From Diadema antillarum (taxonomy: Eukaryota): a stretch of 64,000 bases of DNA. The stretch covers positions 496,001 to 560,000 of the forward strand of contig NW_027271579.1 of NCBI RefSeq assembly GCF_040938485.1, read 5' to 3'. A program made the translations under genes and the position numbers. Below the pieces are notes generated by a model. It searched no databases, was not told where the DNA came from, and saw only the letters and a program-made list of their open reading frames with translations. This document shows, piece after piece, positions 1 through 12,668 of the stretch. Within the stretch, counting starts at the first letter, position 1, and each line of letters opens with the position of its first letter.

Positions 1-3000
1 CCCATATGTGTAATATTATGACATTGAGTTGTTGTTTGGGTTTTTTTTTATCTGAAATGAACGCAAATCTTTGTGGTCCTATAGTAATTTCGAAAATAAC
101 CCTAAAATTCATAATTCTTGGCTCTTTTTTTCTTCTTTTTTCTTCTTTTTTCTTTAATATAATGGAGAAAAGAACGGCGGGTAAAAAAGTGCGGCCCCTT
201 TTGGGAACAAAATCGTTCGCTGTGATTCAACGAGAAATGACGGTCTCGCACAATCAATCAGAAAGAACGTTCAATCAACGAAAATTGGATTTTAAAAAGA
301 AATTCATGCACATCCGAAAAACGACTAAAAGCTGAATAAACGAGGTTATAATAACGTGATAGAACAGCAGCTAAATAGTCTCTTCAGCCTTCCATCAAAC
401 GCACAAGAATTTAATGTTGGAAAGATGAACTAATAAAAAATGCCACGGGCATACATCGCAGGTATACATAAAGGAAAGCTTTTGCTTCTGCGTTCCACCT
501 TTCCATCGTTTATGGTATAAAAAAAAATATACTGATGCCTCTTAATTTCATCTACCACCTGCAGACTATACCCTAAAGGGCCCCTGAAATTAAAATGCAT
601 GTTGATTTGTGTTGATTTATGATACCCTCAACATCAATTTTGCGGTGAAACGAATATCTGGAAACATTCCATACATCTTCAACGATTTTTTCTTCTATTT
701 TTCTTCAGATCACTTGGGAACGCCCACAAAAAAAAAAAAAAAATCCTTGCAAACCAATATTCCTCATAGATGACCTCATCTGTCAATCATTGCTAACGTA
801 CTGAAATGTTTAACAAAAGACATTGGAATGCACCTTCCCCTCGACTCAGCATAACTTGCATGTTCCCTATCTGGTTAGCCATGTCTTTTGTTAGTCACAT
901 TAACATCACAGAAACATGCAAATTATGCTGAGAAAGAAAGATCAAATAATTTAAACATGTTTCGACCTCCTTCCAGTACACAGCTTGTAAAATCATACAC
1001 AAGGTATAACCCCTCCAAACAATCGAGAGAGAGAGAGAGAGAGAGAGAGAGCATAAACTCAGTTTACGACATCTGTTGACTGCGTCAATCAATCGCAAAT
1101 ACAATGTAATTATTGCAGATGGTCGACTCGACAGACACGTGAATTTCCCGCTTTTCTTACCGAAACCATGGACCTAATAGGTCCATGCCGAAACAAAAAC
1201 CCCTCTTTATCATCAAAAGAAGTTTTTAAACTGCTTGTGATCACAACATGACATGAAATGAGAGATACACGCAACTTTGTCCATTTTTTCTCTGTTGTGT
1301 TTTCATGACGAATTGGCACCGAACATGCCGAAGAGCAGGGTAATCACCGGTCTATACTATGAAAATGATACGCAATTACCTCCTGGACACACAAGGCTAC
1401 ATGCTCGGTGCGTGGGAATGCAAACTTGTCTGATGCAATATTCCCTGTGCCCAAAGGGCCCAAAGGCGGATATATCGCATACGATTGGTTTAATGCCAAG
1501 TGCATGCAATTAACAGCCAGCACGCGGAGAGATACAGCGTCTGGTCGCATACCACGTGCCATACTACTATTGTACCGGTTATCGCAAATGCTTTGTTGCA
1601 ATGCATGCATGAAAATCTCGAAACCACAAGCCTTCACTGACCAACAGCATTGAATGGATGAATTGTATTTATTATAGGCATACGACCCCTTATGGAGGCA
1701 TGGCTACATATCGCTGTAATATAGGCTATGTGAGTGTGATTCTACGACGAATAGCCTGGCTGGATGAGGAGTCACATTGCGATAAATCAAGATTCAGTGT
1801 GTCTTTTCTTTCTTTTTCAGAATTGTTTCCTTTGTTTTTCTCACATTGATCAGATTCATCTTTGAAATACTGAACGTTTCAACGTAACTTCCCTCAATTA
1901 CATACAATGCATAGCGGAAAATCAGTCAGTTTCATACTGGTGGTTTATGGATTTCCTCAATGCCTTCTAGCAACCGGCGTGAAGTACATTCAGCATTACG
2001 TCATACGGCATGATTATGACCCTTCCTGTGTTCGTGAGAATCATAACTACTTGATCCTGATTCTTAGAATAACTAACGAAGTAAAAATTCCTTTCTTTAA
2101 AAAACAAAACAAAACACACAAACAAACAAACAAACCTTTGAATAGGGGCATAATAAACTGAGAGACTTAATATGTCTGTTTTTCATCAAGACAGTAATTC
2201 GAGGCATCGCAAGAAAAATCCACACACCACGGAATTTACCAACCTTCCCACAAGCGCGTCTACTACGCCTGTGTGTACTTTGCAGCAGCTGTAGAGATGT
2301 TCCCGGATGAAATGATTATTTAGATTTCTGTATCATACGTATTCAACTTCACCAATACATATCAATTTACCCTCCCCCCCCCCCTCCCCCCTCCCCCCCC
2401 CCCTCCCCTATATTATTGTTGGGAGACGTTTCACGTGTTGAATGTCTCCTGTAGGCCTAATCATAGGACAAGCTATGCGAGTCACTGTCAAGGGTATGGC
2501 CGTTATCCTAGCTCGCCACCCGCACCAATGATGGGTCATGATCTCTGTGTCTGGTCTGTACTCCGACGATGTCGTCATGACTAGATTCGCCATGGTGACA
2601 ATTAACAGCGCAAGGAGACAGGTGCGTAGACAGTGTATTGGAAACGGAAACCAATGCTAATATACAATCAGTGTACACAATGAACTACCAACTCTAGTGA
2701 TGCACTTACAGCGGGAAAAGCCTATGCGTACACAAGCGCTGTTGATCAACATGACCACTCCCTTCGCAGAAATGAGGGTGGCGTGAAATGATGGTGGAAA
2801 TTGCTTTTATACATGGGTTCGGTCTTTCCGATATGCCGATATTACTACACAAGAACAAACCTTTACACACTGCACAGTGTGGCAACACGTGCTACATGAC
2901 AAACGAAACTCGGTGTCCCTCGATTATATAATCTTTCCTTAGATTTGTGATCTTCATTTTGTTTTGTTATTCCCTTCCAAATCATTAATCCGTGTGGCTA

Positions 3001-4446
3001 CTCAAGCATTGCACGAATCCTGCAATACAACATACGACGGACGGGAAAAGATAGCCACGCATGTGAAAAATACACTGTATACAGTACCTCGGTACTCAGT
3101 ACCCCATAAAGGAGGAAATACATTTCACACACGACCGAGGCATTCATTCAAACCATGTGGATTCAAAAAGCCATACACACTAACAGTAACGGATGATTTA
3201 ATACGGAGTATAGTAGGATAAGGAATGTTTCATGTGTAAACATTTCCTAACTCCACTCAAGAGTAACACTTCTACTTCATTAAAATCCTGGACCCAGTAA
3301 AGATAATGTTTATTGTTATAGCAGTCATTTTTTTTTTTTTTTTTGAGTGTGTTCCCTTATGGAATTCTGAGCGACAAAGTATATAGCTAATGCATCCCCT
3401 GATGCATCTACACAAGACCATTTCACTGCACTGCTGGAATTTGTCAATGCTATTTTCTCTGTGTGGCAATAATCAAAAACACAAACATCCAAACCTGGGC
3501 TACCTTTTGCACACCCATCACAACTGTAGAATAATAGGTCCATGTAAAAAACTTATCTACGACTTCAATGACCTGTCTACCACCTCTCTCCCTAAACACA
3601 CACACACACAAACATAGGTACATGTACTTACACATATGTATATATTTCTATATAATATCAGAAACATTTCCCTGTACTCCTTGTGATCATAAGCAATTGT
3701 TCATGTTTCATGGGCTCTGCTTATGGGTCTGCTTATCAACAAACACATTCCACTTGCTCACATAGGCAAGCAACATCAATTTCACTCAACTTAGACTGTC
3801 ATATGTACATCACTCAAAGAAGACATACATGTACCTCAGTGGTATCTTACTTTTTCTGACTACCTTAGTATTTTCACAGACTAAAAGGGTTTTGCTTCAC
3901 ATCTTTGATTCAAGCTAACTTTGTCTTCAACAGGGCATCATGGTATCATTACTCTGACATGCACTCTCTTAGCTCCAGGGACAATGCTTGAAACTCTGAC
4001 AGTAGTATGCAAGTTCTCCTATGGGTTTTTGTGACTGGCTGCAGTATACAGAACTCTCTGTGGGTCACAGGAGCGAGGAGAACGGATGCAATTATCATGC
4101 ACAAAGTTTGGTAGAGTTAGCAAAATAATAAGAGGAGGGCTTGAACTATTTGCTTTCAACACCCCTCCAAAAAAAAAATTAATTTAGTCTCCATCACTGC
4201 ATGACTTCCCAAGGAACAAAGCGATGACACCCTGATGCACACATCCAAAGTCTATTAGCCTAGTTTCCAGACTGTATATGAACTTGGTGGATTTTTCGAC
4301 CACTTTCTTTCCCCAGTATATTACCTCTTCAAAACACTTTCCGACTACAGTCTAAAGTCTAAATGGAAGTTGATGAAATGCAATATTTATAATTAATTTG
4401 GTGCATTAATCATCATCTCTCAAATATGTCTTAGAGTCTACATGTA

Positions 4447-5656
4447 GGGGAGACTGGGGTAATTGTGGCCCCCTTTTTTCATTTTCTATTACTACTATTA
4501 TATGGAAAGATCAATGATATTCTAATCCTGTGAATATACAGTCAATGTATATACCTATGATATACAATTGAAAGTATAAATCTGTAACTTCTCGTTTGCA
4601 TATTAATTGCCATTATGTTAACGACTTTGTGGGGCCATAATTTCCCCGTGCGTTGGGGTATTTGTGGCCCCCTTTTATATTAAGATATAATAAATAAAAT
4701 AAATCATAAAGTACTAGTGATACATGATGAACTGTACAAGAGCACGTTAAGGAATGACTTCCTAATCATAACAATCCTCATTTATCCATTCCAATTAATG
4801 TACAGAGTCAAGTTCATCCCAGTTTAGCTAATTGTCATTTTGTCCTGACACCTAAACATATGAAATCAATCACCGAAACATGACACATAAAAAACAATAA
4901 TATAAGAGTCAATTCTACAATATATCTTACGATTTGCAAAACCAATGGATCTAAGGGTTTACAGGTTGCTTTCAGCCCCATGTCCTCTCTTTTGAAGCCT
5001 TAATTACATCTGTCATATTTCAGTTTTGTGACATACAAAAACTGTAAGTCAGAGTCTATCATATGCCTTTGATTTTGTGACATGATGACCTTGAAAGATG
5101 GAGTCCTTCACCTGGAAATATCCAAAACAAAGTTGCAATGATGTTATAATTACACTGTATGTTGATTTGATAAATCCCAGTAATGAAACAGGTGTATTGT
5201 AATTTTAACTAAATCGTGATCCTTCTTGCACATAACCATAGATGTTCACAGCAAAATAATGCTTTTCTATAGGGGGCCATAATTACCCCAAAGTACATGT
5301 CTCAAACCATGACCTTCTGTCTTAAGAAGAGATAAAAATTTGTACAATTTGTTTCATAATCACTTCAGACAAGGTGTATCATTACCAAGTAACATTATGA
5401 AAAAGGATTTGGGAGTGAATTGGAGATGTGACATTGACCTTTCTAAAGTGAAGAGTGCGCTTTTTACTCATCGATTTTGACATGCACTGATAAAACAGGT
5501 CATCCTTTCAAAATGCTAATTGCTAAATGAATGGATGTTGGAACATAGTAGTGGTAAGAATTGACCTTCTACATGCTCTATAAGCTATTTCAACAGATAG
5601 AAGATGGTTTAATTACACATTTTATGTTGAGGGGCCACAATTACCCCAGTCTCCCC
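4447..5656. mobile_element. Non-autonomous Tc1/mariner-superfamily-like DNA element (about 1.2 kb)
   Basis: Terminal inverted repeats GGGGAGACTGGGGTAATTGTGGCCCC ... GGGGCCACAATTACCCCAGTCTCCCC flanked by TA on both sides (4445-46, 5657-58). The GGGGCCAYAATTACCCC motif recurs internally near 4632, 4656 and 5273. No transposase ORF. Confidence 0.8.
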
Positions 5657-6333
5657 TATGTACTAAGTACATGTGAGCACTGTGGTTAAGGTCTTGGAAT
5701 CTTCACAAAGTTGAATTCAAATTTTGCTCTGTGCTCGTATCGAGGGTTTCCCACTACATCACTCTCCTTCGATGTGTACACGCTGAATGCTGCAAGACTT
5801 ATAAACTGTCTGGGAGAGCAGTGCTAACTCTAACACATGTTGCTGTTGTGGGAACTGGAAACCACATTACTTTTCTTCAATTTTAAAACACTTGATCGTC
5901 TTTCCTTGGGTCGTTATTATAACATTTCATCAGAATTTTTACGTAAGACTGACAACGTACATATTTGTAAATGCCCTCATCCAATTTAGCATCAAATATA
6001 TCGCATTATTTTCTAAATGCCGACTGGGGTACGGTATTTCAATTTGTCAACATTCATATATAATCAAAGAGTCACTGCACTTTCATACATACAAGAGTCT
6101 GAGCTTGCACTACATGCAGAAGTCCCATTTCTTCCCAGATTTTTCATCCAGTCAAACAGATTTTGAGAAAGTCATTTACTTGTCTATTTTGGCTGAAAGG
6201 GAATACACTGTACTCCCAAGAAAGGTCTCAGTAATTACACCCATGGAAAACACTTGGCAATGCATTTCTGAAACACATACAGACCCTATAGCTATACTAA
6301 ACGTCACATTTTGATACAAAGGATGTGTTTCTG

Positions 6334-6382
6334 CAGTGTGCAGTGTGCAGTGTGCAGTGTGCAGTGTGCAGTGTGCAGTGTG
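6334..6382. repeat. (CAGTGTG)7 minisatellite
   Basis: Seven perfect 7-bp units; explains the HTAHCTL and VQCAVCS pseudo-ORFs. Confidence 0.95.
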
Positions 6383-7196
6383 TTCTGTCTGTCTGCCATA
6401 AAATATCACAAAATTTTAAAATGGAGATCTTATTATGATTTTCTGATTTATCAACACTTCCATGAATGCCAACTCTCTGTCTTCAGCACACTTGTGAGTA
6501 ATTTTGTGGTGATATTTAGCACCAAATGCAGCATTCAACTCTACGCCACCCTTCATCTTGTCAGCACTGTCAAGTCTACAGTCCCATCCACGCCAATTTG
6601 TGTACACACCTTCATGTTCAACCATGTACATGATGAGGAGGCTACATATAGTGCATTACTGGTATACGGTTCTACGGATTGCATGATGATGGGAACACCA
6701 AGCTAACTAGCGGTATACTGCTGTTCATTTCAAACTCGCAAGTACATCATTTATAGTTTTATTGTGACTTCATTTGACTAGTTCAAAGTAGTACTGAGTA
6801 GGGCCTACTTATCTTACTTGCATGGTACAATAGGCCTACTCATGTTTGGTGAATAGGTCCTATTGTATTCAACTCTATTCAACTTCATTGCCACCCTTCA
6901 TCTTGTTTAATACCACCGGTTACTGCACTGCAAAGCTATACAACCCCACGCTGCTGGGTCCTGCAGGTTGTGGACACACACACACACATGTGAAGGTTTA
7001 CAGGTATGTGACAGCCATTTTGAACCCTTCTCACATACAAGATACCGGTACATGTAAATTTATCACAAGTTGTTGGAACACACCAAAGGCATAGCAACCA
7101 AGCTATATTGGACTCACAACATCGTTACCTCGATTTTATAGGAAGTTTTATTTTGATATTGGATAGAGTCTGCTGTCTTCAAGCTACGTGATAGAA

Positions 7197-10100
7197 ATGA
7201 CAAACTTGAAGAATTTGTGTTTATACTACTCCCTCCTTGTTTCAACGATATTAAATATCACTTGCAGCAATGAAGTATTTTTTCAACCTTCTTCTGAAGC
7301 ACGCCCTTGTCTTGTCCTACATCATGTGTACTCAAGTAGATCACGCTCATGCCAACAGACTCCAGAAAGAAACCACATCCTACCTCACTGCAATGAACTT
7401 AGTGTTAGTACATATGCATTTCGCATTATTTCTCAAAATGCCAGCACCCAAGCTCGAGTATGCCCTTCTGACCACAGATGTAAAGGAAAGTGTTTGATTT
7501 ATTTGAGCATACTTCTTATCACAAATTCTGCCGATGTTGAACTTAATCCTGGCCCCCGAGTGAAAGACCCCTGCCAGATTTGCTATCGCCAAGTCACGTG
7601 GAAGCAGAGGGGAGTCGCTTGTGACAATTGTCAAGAATGGTACCACGCTGACTGCATGCTAATGTCTACTCCTGTTTATGAAGCTTTAGGTAACTCTAAT
7701 GTGTCATGGTATTGCATCTCCTGTGGCATGCCTCAATTTTCTAGCAGTTTGTTCACCTCCTTCCAGGCTAATACAAGTAACCAGTTTGATTGTTTAGCTG
7801 ATGACAATAATTCAGATGGAGTTACCGACCAAACGTCCTCGCTTCACTATAGTCCTGGTCATCCTATTGCTTCTTCATCCCCTATTACTACCAAGCGGAA
7901 GACTGGGAGAGTTAACAAAGTAAAGCAAAACCTCAGAGTTCTGAACATAAATTTTCAAAGTGTCAGAAATAAGAAGGCGGAAATAGGGGACGTCTTGGAT
8001 TCTACCAAACCAGATATCGTCTTGGGAACTGAAACATGGCTTAAAGAAAACATCACCAGCTCTGAGCTCTTTCCTGATGGTTATACTATCGTCCGGAGAG
8101 ATAGGTCTGATGGCTATGGTGGAGTCCTAATAGCCCTTAAGGAAAACATAATTTTTGAGCAGCTGTCTGTTGAAGAAGCAGTAGAGGCAATACTTGTTAA
8201 GATACCCGTTACCGGAAATAAGTACCTTCTTGTAGGTGTCATCTACCGCCCTCCTTCATCCGGTACCGAATACATGGACATGGTCTGCAACGTGATAGAA
8301 AAGATACACTCCCAACACCCCAATGCTGTGCTCTGGTTAGGAGGTGATCTCAATCTGCCAGACATCAACTGGGCGACTCAGACCACTGAGAGAAACCAGT
8401 ACCCCTCCGCAATCAGCCACCGCTTTCTTGAAATGCTCCAGAACTGCTGCTTGCACCAAACAGTTGATTTTCCAACTAGATTTAACACCTGTTTAGACCT
8501 TTTCCTCACAAACCGACCATCATTAGTGAGCAAGTGTGCAGCCTTACCTGGAATTGGAGACCACGACATAGTCTCTGTGGAATCGTCAATCTCCATCAAC
8601 AGACGTAAACCTGTTAGAAGAAAGATTTATCTCTGGAAACAGATGAATATTCAAACTATGAAAGATGCATGTGTATCCTACCAGACAACCTTCACATCCC
8701 AATTTGATGCCCAGAGTTCTGTTGAAGACATGTGGTCAGATATAAAGATCAATCTGACAAACATACTTCACGGAAACGTCCCCTCCAAGATGACGTCAAC
8801 ACGGTTTAATCAGCCATGGATTAATACAGATGTCAAGCGTCTGTCCCGACGTAAGAAGCGTAGCTTTGTCAGGGCTCGAAACAGTGGCAATATTAAAGAC
8901 AGGGAAAGATACCATGTGCTGAAGAAACAATCAAGAGTAGCTTGCAAGAGGGCCTTGAATGAGTACTTGACTGACATAATCAGTCCACAATCAACCAGCA
9001 ACCCAAAACGTTTCTGGCAGTACATCAATAGCAAACGCTGTGATGCAAGTGGAGTTGCTGCCCTAAAATCATTAAGTGGATCCTTGCAGCTTGATAGCAT
9101 GCAAAAGGCCAATGTCTTGAATCAACAGTTTTCCTCTGTCTTTAACTCGAATGAAGATATATCTACAATCCCGTACAAGGGTAGAAGTCCATATCCAAGC
9201 ATGGGAAACATTTCAGTCTCCCCCGCTGGTGTTTTTAAGCTCTTGTCCGAACTTGATCCCCATAAGGCCACTGGTCCTGATGAAATTCCTACCAGACTTC
9301 TGAAGGAATTAGCCAAAGAATTGACACCAATCCTTACCATATTTTTTCAAGCATCTCTTGATCAAGGCAAGATTCCTCTTGACTGGAAAGCAGCAAATAT
9401 ATCTCCGGTCTTTAAATCAGGTGACCGACATGATCCCTCCAACTACAGGCCCATCTCACTGACATCAGTAACCTGTAAGATGCTTGAACACATCATTCAC
9501 AGTAACATCATGGACCATCTCGACATACACACCATCTTGTCAGATGTCCAGCATGGATTTCGAAAGAAGAGGTCTTGCACATCCCAGCTCACCCTAGCAA
9601 TCCATGACCTTGCAAAGGGTATTGATAATAGAGAGCAGATTGATGTCATACTGCTTGACTTTTCAAAAGCATTTGACAAGGTGCCTCACTCCAGACTTCT
9701 CTACAAGCTTGATTACTACGGCATAAGGGGAACACTCCACAACTGGCTTTCTGACTTCCTCCACAACAGAACACAAAGGGTGATCCTCGAAGGTTCCATC
9801 TCGAGCTCTGTCAACGTTGCTTCAGGGGTACCCCAAGGAAGTGTCATAGGGCCATTGCTGTTCCTGCTGTTTATTAACGATTTGCCTGAGTGTCTATCCA
9901 CCGACTGCACTGTGAGGTTATTTGCGGATGATTGCATGATTTATAAAACAATCAAGTCAGAAGCAGATGCCCACATATTACAGCAAAACCTTGATGCCCT
10001 ACAGTGTTGGGAGACCGACTGGTTAATGCAGTTCAACCCAAACAAGTGCAAAGTGCTTCACCTCACCAACAAGAGGAAACCACTTCTTAATTCATACAAC

Positions 10101-10727
10101 ATCCATGGCCAGCCACTGGCAAACACCAACACAGCCAAATACCTTGGTATTCACATTCAGAACAACCTTAGCTGGAACCACCATATCAATCAAGTTGCCA
10201 AGAAGGCCAACTCCACCAGTGCCTTTCTTCAAAGAAACATCCATGCATGTCCAAGAAAGATCAAAGTGCTGTGCTACCTGACCCTCCTGAGACCAATCAT
10301 GGAGTATGCCAGCATAATATGGGACCCTTTTACACAGGTCAATATCAACAGGTTGGAGATGGTACAACGCCGTTATGCCCGCTTTGTGTTTCAGGATTAC
10401 CAACGAACAAGCAGTGTCACCGATATGCTTCATAAATTGGGCTGGCCCTCACTCCAGGAACGTAGAGCTCAAGCGAAAGTCTACATGATGTATTGTGTTA
10501 TGAACTCTCATGTAGACATCCCATCCAATACAATTCTATCCACGAATCCCAGGACCCGCAGGGGCCACTCCCAGATGCTGAACATTCCTCATGCACGTAC
10601 CCTCATCTACCAGAGAAGTTTTATTCCGGACACAACACGACTGTGGAACAGCCTACCAGACCAAGCCATCAATTGCACCTCTCCTTTAATGTTCAAGGAA
10701 GAGGTGAAACATCTCCAGCTCCGCTAG
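7197..10727 (+). CDS. LINE polyprotein: N-terminal peptide, 2A-like motif, PHD finger, apurinic-like endonuclease, reverse transcriptase (1176 aa from first ATG)
   Basis: PHD: CQIC...VACDNCQEWYHADC...WYCISC. APE: NINFQS, GTETWL, YRPP, GDLNLPDINW, LDLFLT, GDHDIV. RT: YRPISLTS, QHGFRK, LDFSKAFDKVPH, GVPQGSVIGP, LFADD, KYLG. The ORF-track start at 7188 is GTG; first ATG is 7197. Confidence 0.95.
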   Translation: MTNLKNLCLYYSLLVSTILNITCSNEVFFQPSSEARPCLVLHHVYSSRSRSCQQTPERNHILPHCNELSVSTYAFRIISQNASTQARVCPSDHRCKGKCLIYLSILLITNSADVELNPGPRVKDPCQICYRQVTWKQRGVACDNCQEWYHADCMLMSTPVYEALGNSNVSWYCISCGMPQFSSSLFTSFQANTSNQFDCLADDNNSDGVTDQTSSLHYSPGHPIASSSPITTKRKTGRVNKVKQNLRVLNINFQSVRNKKAEIGDVLDSTKPDIVLGTETWLKENITSSELFPDGYTIVRRDRSDGYGGVLIALKENIIFEQLSVEEAVEAILVKIPVTGNKYLLVGVIYRPPSSGTEYMDMVCNVIEKIHSQHPNAVLWLGGDLNLPDINWATQTTERNQYPSAISHRFLEMLQNCCLHQTVDFPTRFNTCLDLFLTNRPSLVSKCAALPGIGDHDIVSVESSISINRRKPVRRKIYLWKQMNIQTMKDACVSYQTTFTSQFDAQSSVEDMWSDIKINLTNILHGNVPSKMTSTRFNQPWINTDVKRLSRRKKRSFVRARNSGNIKDRERYHVLKKQSRVACKRALNEYLTDIISPQSTSNPKRFWQYINSKRCDASGVAALKSLSGSLQLDSMQKANVLNQQFSSVFNSNEDISTIPYKGRSPYPSMGNISVSPAGVFKLLSELDPHKATGPDEIPTRLLKELAKELTPILTIFFQASLDQGKIPLDWKAANISPVFKSGDRHDPSNYRPISLTSVTCKMLEHIIHSNIMDHLDIHTILSDVQHGFRKKRSCTSQLTLAIHDLAKGIDNREQIDVILLDFSKAFDKVPHSRLLYKLDYYGIRGTLHNWLSDFLHNRTQRVILEGSISSSVNVASGVPQGSVIGPLLFLLFINDLPECLSTDCTVRLFADDCMIYKTIKSEADAHILQQNLDALQCWETDWLMQFNPNKCKVLHLTNKRKPLLNSYNIHGQPLANTNTAKYLGIHIQNNLSWNHHINQVAKKANSTSAFLQRNIHACPRKIKVLCYLTLLRPIMEYASIIWDPFTQVNINRLEMVQRRYARFVFQDYQRTSSVTDMLHKLGWPSLQERRAQAKVYMMYCVMNSHVDIPSNTILSTNPRTRRGHSQMLNIPHARTLIYQRSFIPDTTRLWNSLPDQAINCTSPLMFKEEVKHLQLR
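7533..7556 (+). other. 2A-like (StopGo ribosome-skipping) motif DVELNPGP
   Basis: gat gtt gaa ctt aat cct ggc ccc, in frame with the LINE ORF, preceded by a hydrophobic stretch (YLSILLITNSA) and directly followed by the PHD finger. Matches D(V/I)ExNPGP. Confidence 0.75.
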
Positions 10728-11077
10728 ATGGCAGGAGCAGTTTTTAGCAGCACATTTTAATTAGCACTGTACATATGTGTCTTCATGAGCAAACGTTTTG
10801 AAATGCACTGTACATGCATGGCTGCACCTAGCACCACACCAGTACGCTGATACACCACAAGGTGGCCTGTACTTTATTGAAAGAAGAAGAAGAAGATTAA
10901 ATAATCCCCAAATCCCCCCCCCCCCCCGGAAGATTACATAATATTGTACAACGTCATTAAAAAATTGTAAAAAAAAATAACTTCTCAATTTGTAGTCTCA
11001 ACTGTTGCAGTTTGGCCAGGATTCCTAGCAGGATTCCTTGACCTTGGCAATGACAAAAACAATGAGTGAAGCCTTAC

Positions 11078-11633
11078 CAAGACACAGAATGGCCGCTATC
11101 CGGACAAAGCTATCGGGTGCTGGACAGTCGACTTCCGTGAAGAAGGGCTGAATGACGTAATCGGCAAATGTGAGGGCTACTATCGCCTGACCAGTAGGAT
11201 TTATGATGATGAGTGTTACCCAGAGCAGCAGGAATGCCGGTAAACCACCGAAGCTGGCCATAATGTACGCATACTCTCCCCCACTCTTCGGGATGGTGGT
11301 CCCGAGTTCGGCAAAGCACAGAGCTCCGATCAGAGAAAACAAACCAGAAACGATCCACACGACGAGGGACATACCCACGGAGCCAGAATTTTTCAAAACG
11401 CTGGTCGGGGAGAGGAAGATTCCAGAGCCGACAATGCAGCCGATAATGACAGTGCTGCTACTAAAGAGACCGATCTGGGGTTTGAGTTGAACTCGGCTGT
11501 CGTCATGGGTGTCGACCCTCCCTTCACCTTGGTCCCCCGTCGCCTCGGCCTCCTTTCCACCGCGACTTGGGTTGAGCACGCCAGTCTCTGGAGTTTCGGC
11601 TGCATGGCCATTTTCTCCTTGGTTCAAAACCAT
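11078..11633 (-). CDS. First coding exon (copy A) of a LAT/y+LAT-type SLC7 amino acid transporter light chain: N-tail and TM1-TM3
   Basis: Motifs [34 protein letters not shown]-x-x-QAIVALTFA and the extracellular Cys (DCPAP). Ends at the phase-1 donor CTT G|GTAAGG (intron starts 11077). Possible tandem acceptor (ccag|cag) at 11671-11667 upstream of the ATG. Confidence 0.92.
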
Positions 11634-12365
11634 ATTTCGTTTGATATCTCCTCTCCTTCAGAAAATCTGCTGGCGATGAGATGACAAAACTATCAGCTGA
11701 ATGAATAAAGTCTGTAGTAATAAAACAACTACGGAATCTTCTTACACAGCACGACAATGTCAAGTTGGTCAAGAGATAACAACGTCGATATCGTCGAGAA
11801 TGATGACACTGATAATTTGATAACGGACCGCCGAGCGAAGAATTACAAAACTGCTATACTAGCGCTAGCTAGCCACGTGGATCGCGCGCGAAATAATGAA
11901 TGTCAACATCATTGCATTGTGCTGAATGAGTACTTGTAGTAGGTCGGCTTGCGCTACGGCATCAACGCAGGAGTACGGGTTCGGGCATTCAGCACGCCCA
12001 ACAAAAAAATGAAAACACGACACACACACACACACACACACCCCACACACACATGCACATACACACACAGACACACACAAAGACAATACACAAAGCGTAC
12101 CGTTATCCGGAGTCTAACAGCATGAATGGCGGGCATATCTCGCGTAGTTTCGGAGGTGTAGCCTTTGAAACCAGTCGTCGCAGATTCAAGGAAATTCGTC
12201 ACAATGGATTGAAGGTTTACAAAAAGTAGAACGAAAAGAAGTAAAGTTTTAAAACTTCTTTTCGAAGAGACTGTAAATGTTGAAATCATAACAAACTAGA
12301 GTTATTACTAGAACGTGCCTGGCTGGAAGAAAGCTATCCACCCGTACTTGCAAAGAGAATATTTT

Positions 12366-12668
12366 CAGAGACTCCAACTCTCCCGTTTTCGACGGGAGAT
12401 CTCCCGCCGAAAGCCCATTTTTGCACAATCTCCCGTTCTCCCGTTTGAGATTTGATTTCTCCCGCCCTGGCTCTGTGTCTCCCGGTGGAAAGGATTTCTT
12501 ACTTATTTCTATCGTATGTTGAAAAAATAAACCTTAGATAGCACCAGAGAACATCTAGAATCCTAGGAACTTCGCGCTTTGCACACATCAACTTGGAGTC
12601 TCCCGTTTGCTAGGGGTTTCGGGCGGGAGAATCTCCAGATCAGAAGGTGCTTGGGGTTGGAGTCTCTG
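12366..12668. mobile_element. MITE with CAGAGACTCCAAC TIRs and 6-bp TSD (copy 1)
   Basis: TIRs at 12366 and 12668, TATTTT on both flanks, internal CTCCCG/CGGGAG repeats. An inverted copy lies at 54622-54911. Confidence 0.85.

Larger units (their letters stand above)
7188..10896 (+). mobile_element. Apparently intact non-LTR retrotransposon (CR1/L2 group), antisense within the intron downstream of the SLC7 exon at 11078
   Basis: Uninterrupted APE+RT ORF, about 150-bp 3' UTR and an (AAG)5 tail at 10881-10895. No poly(A) or TSD seen. The 5' boundary is not defined; the start coordinate is the ORF start. Confidence 0.92.

Noticed and set aside
2408-2660. Minus-strand frame with a signal-peptide-like stretch (CLLALLIVTMANLVM...WCG)
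   Set aside because: No start upstream of the hydrophobic part, no insulin or neuropeptide Cys or cleavage pattern, and no convincing splice sites.
7380-10433. Several antisense ORFs within the LINE
   Set aside because: Shadow frames of the long plus-strand RT ORF with no recognisable motifs.
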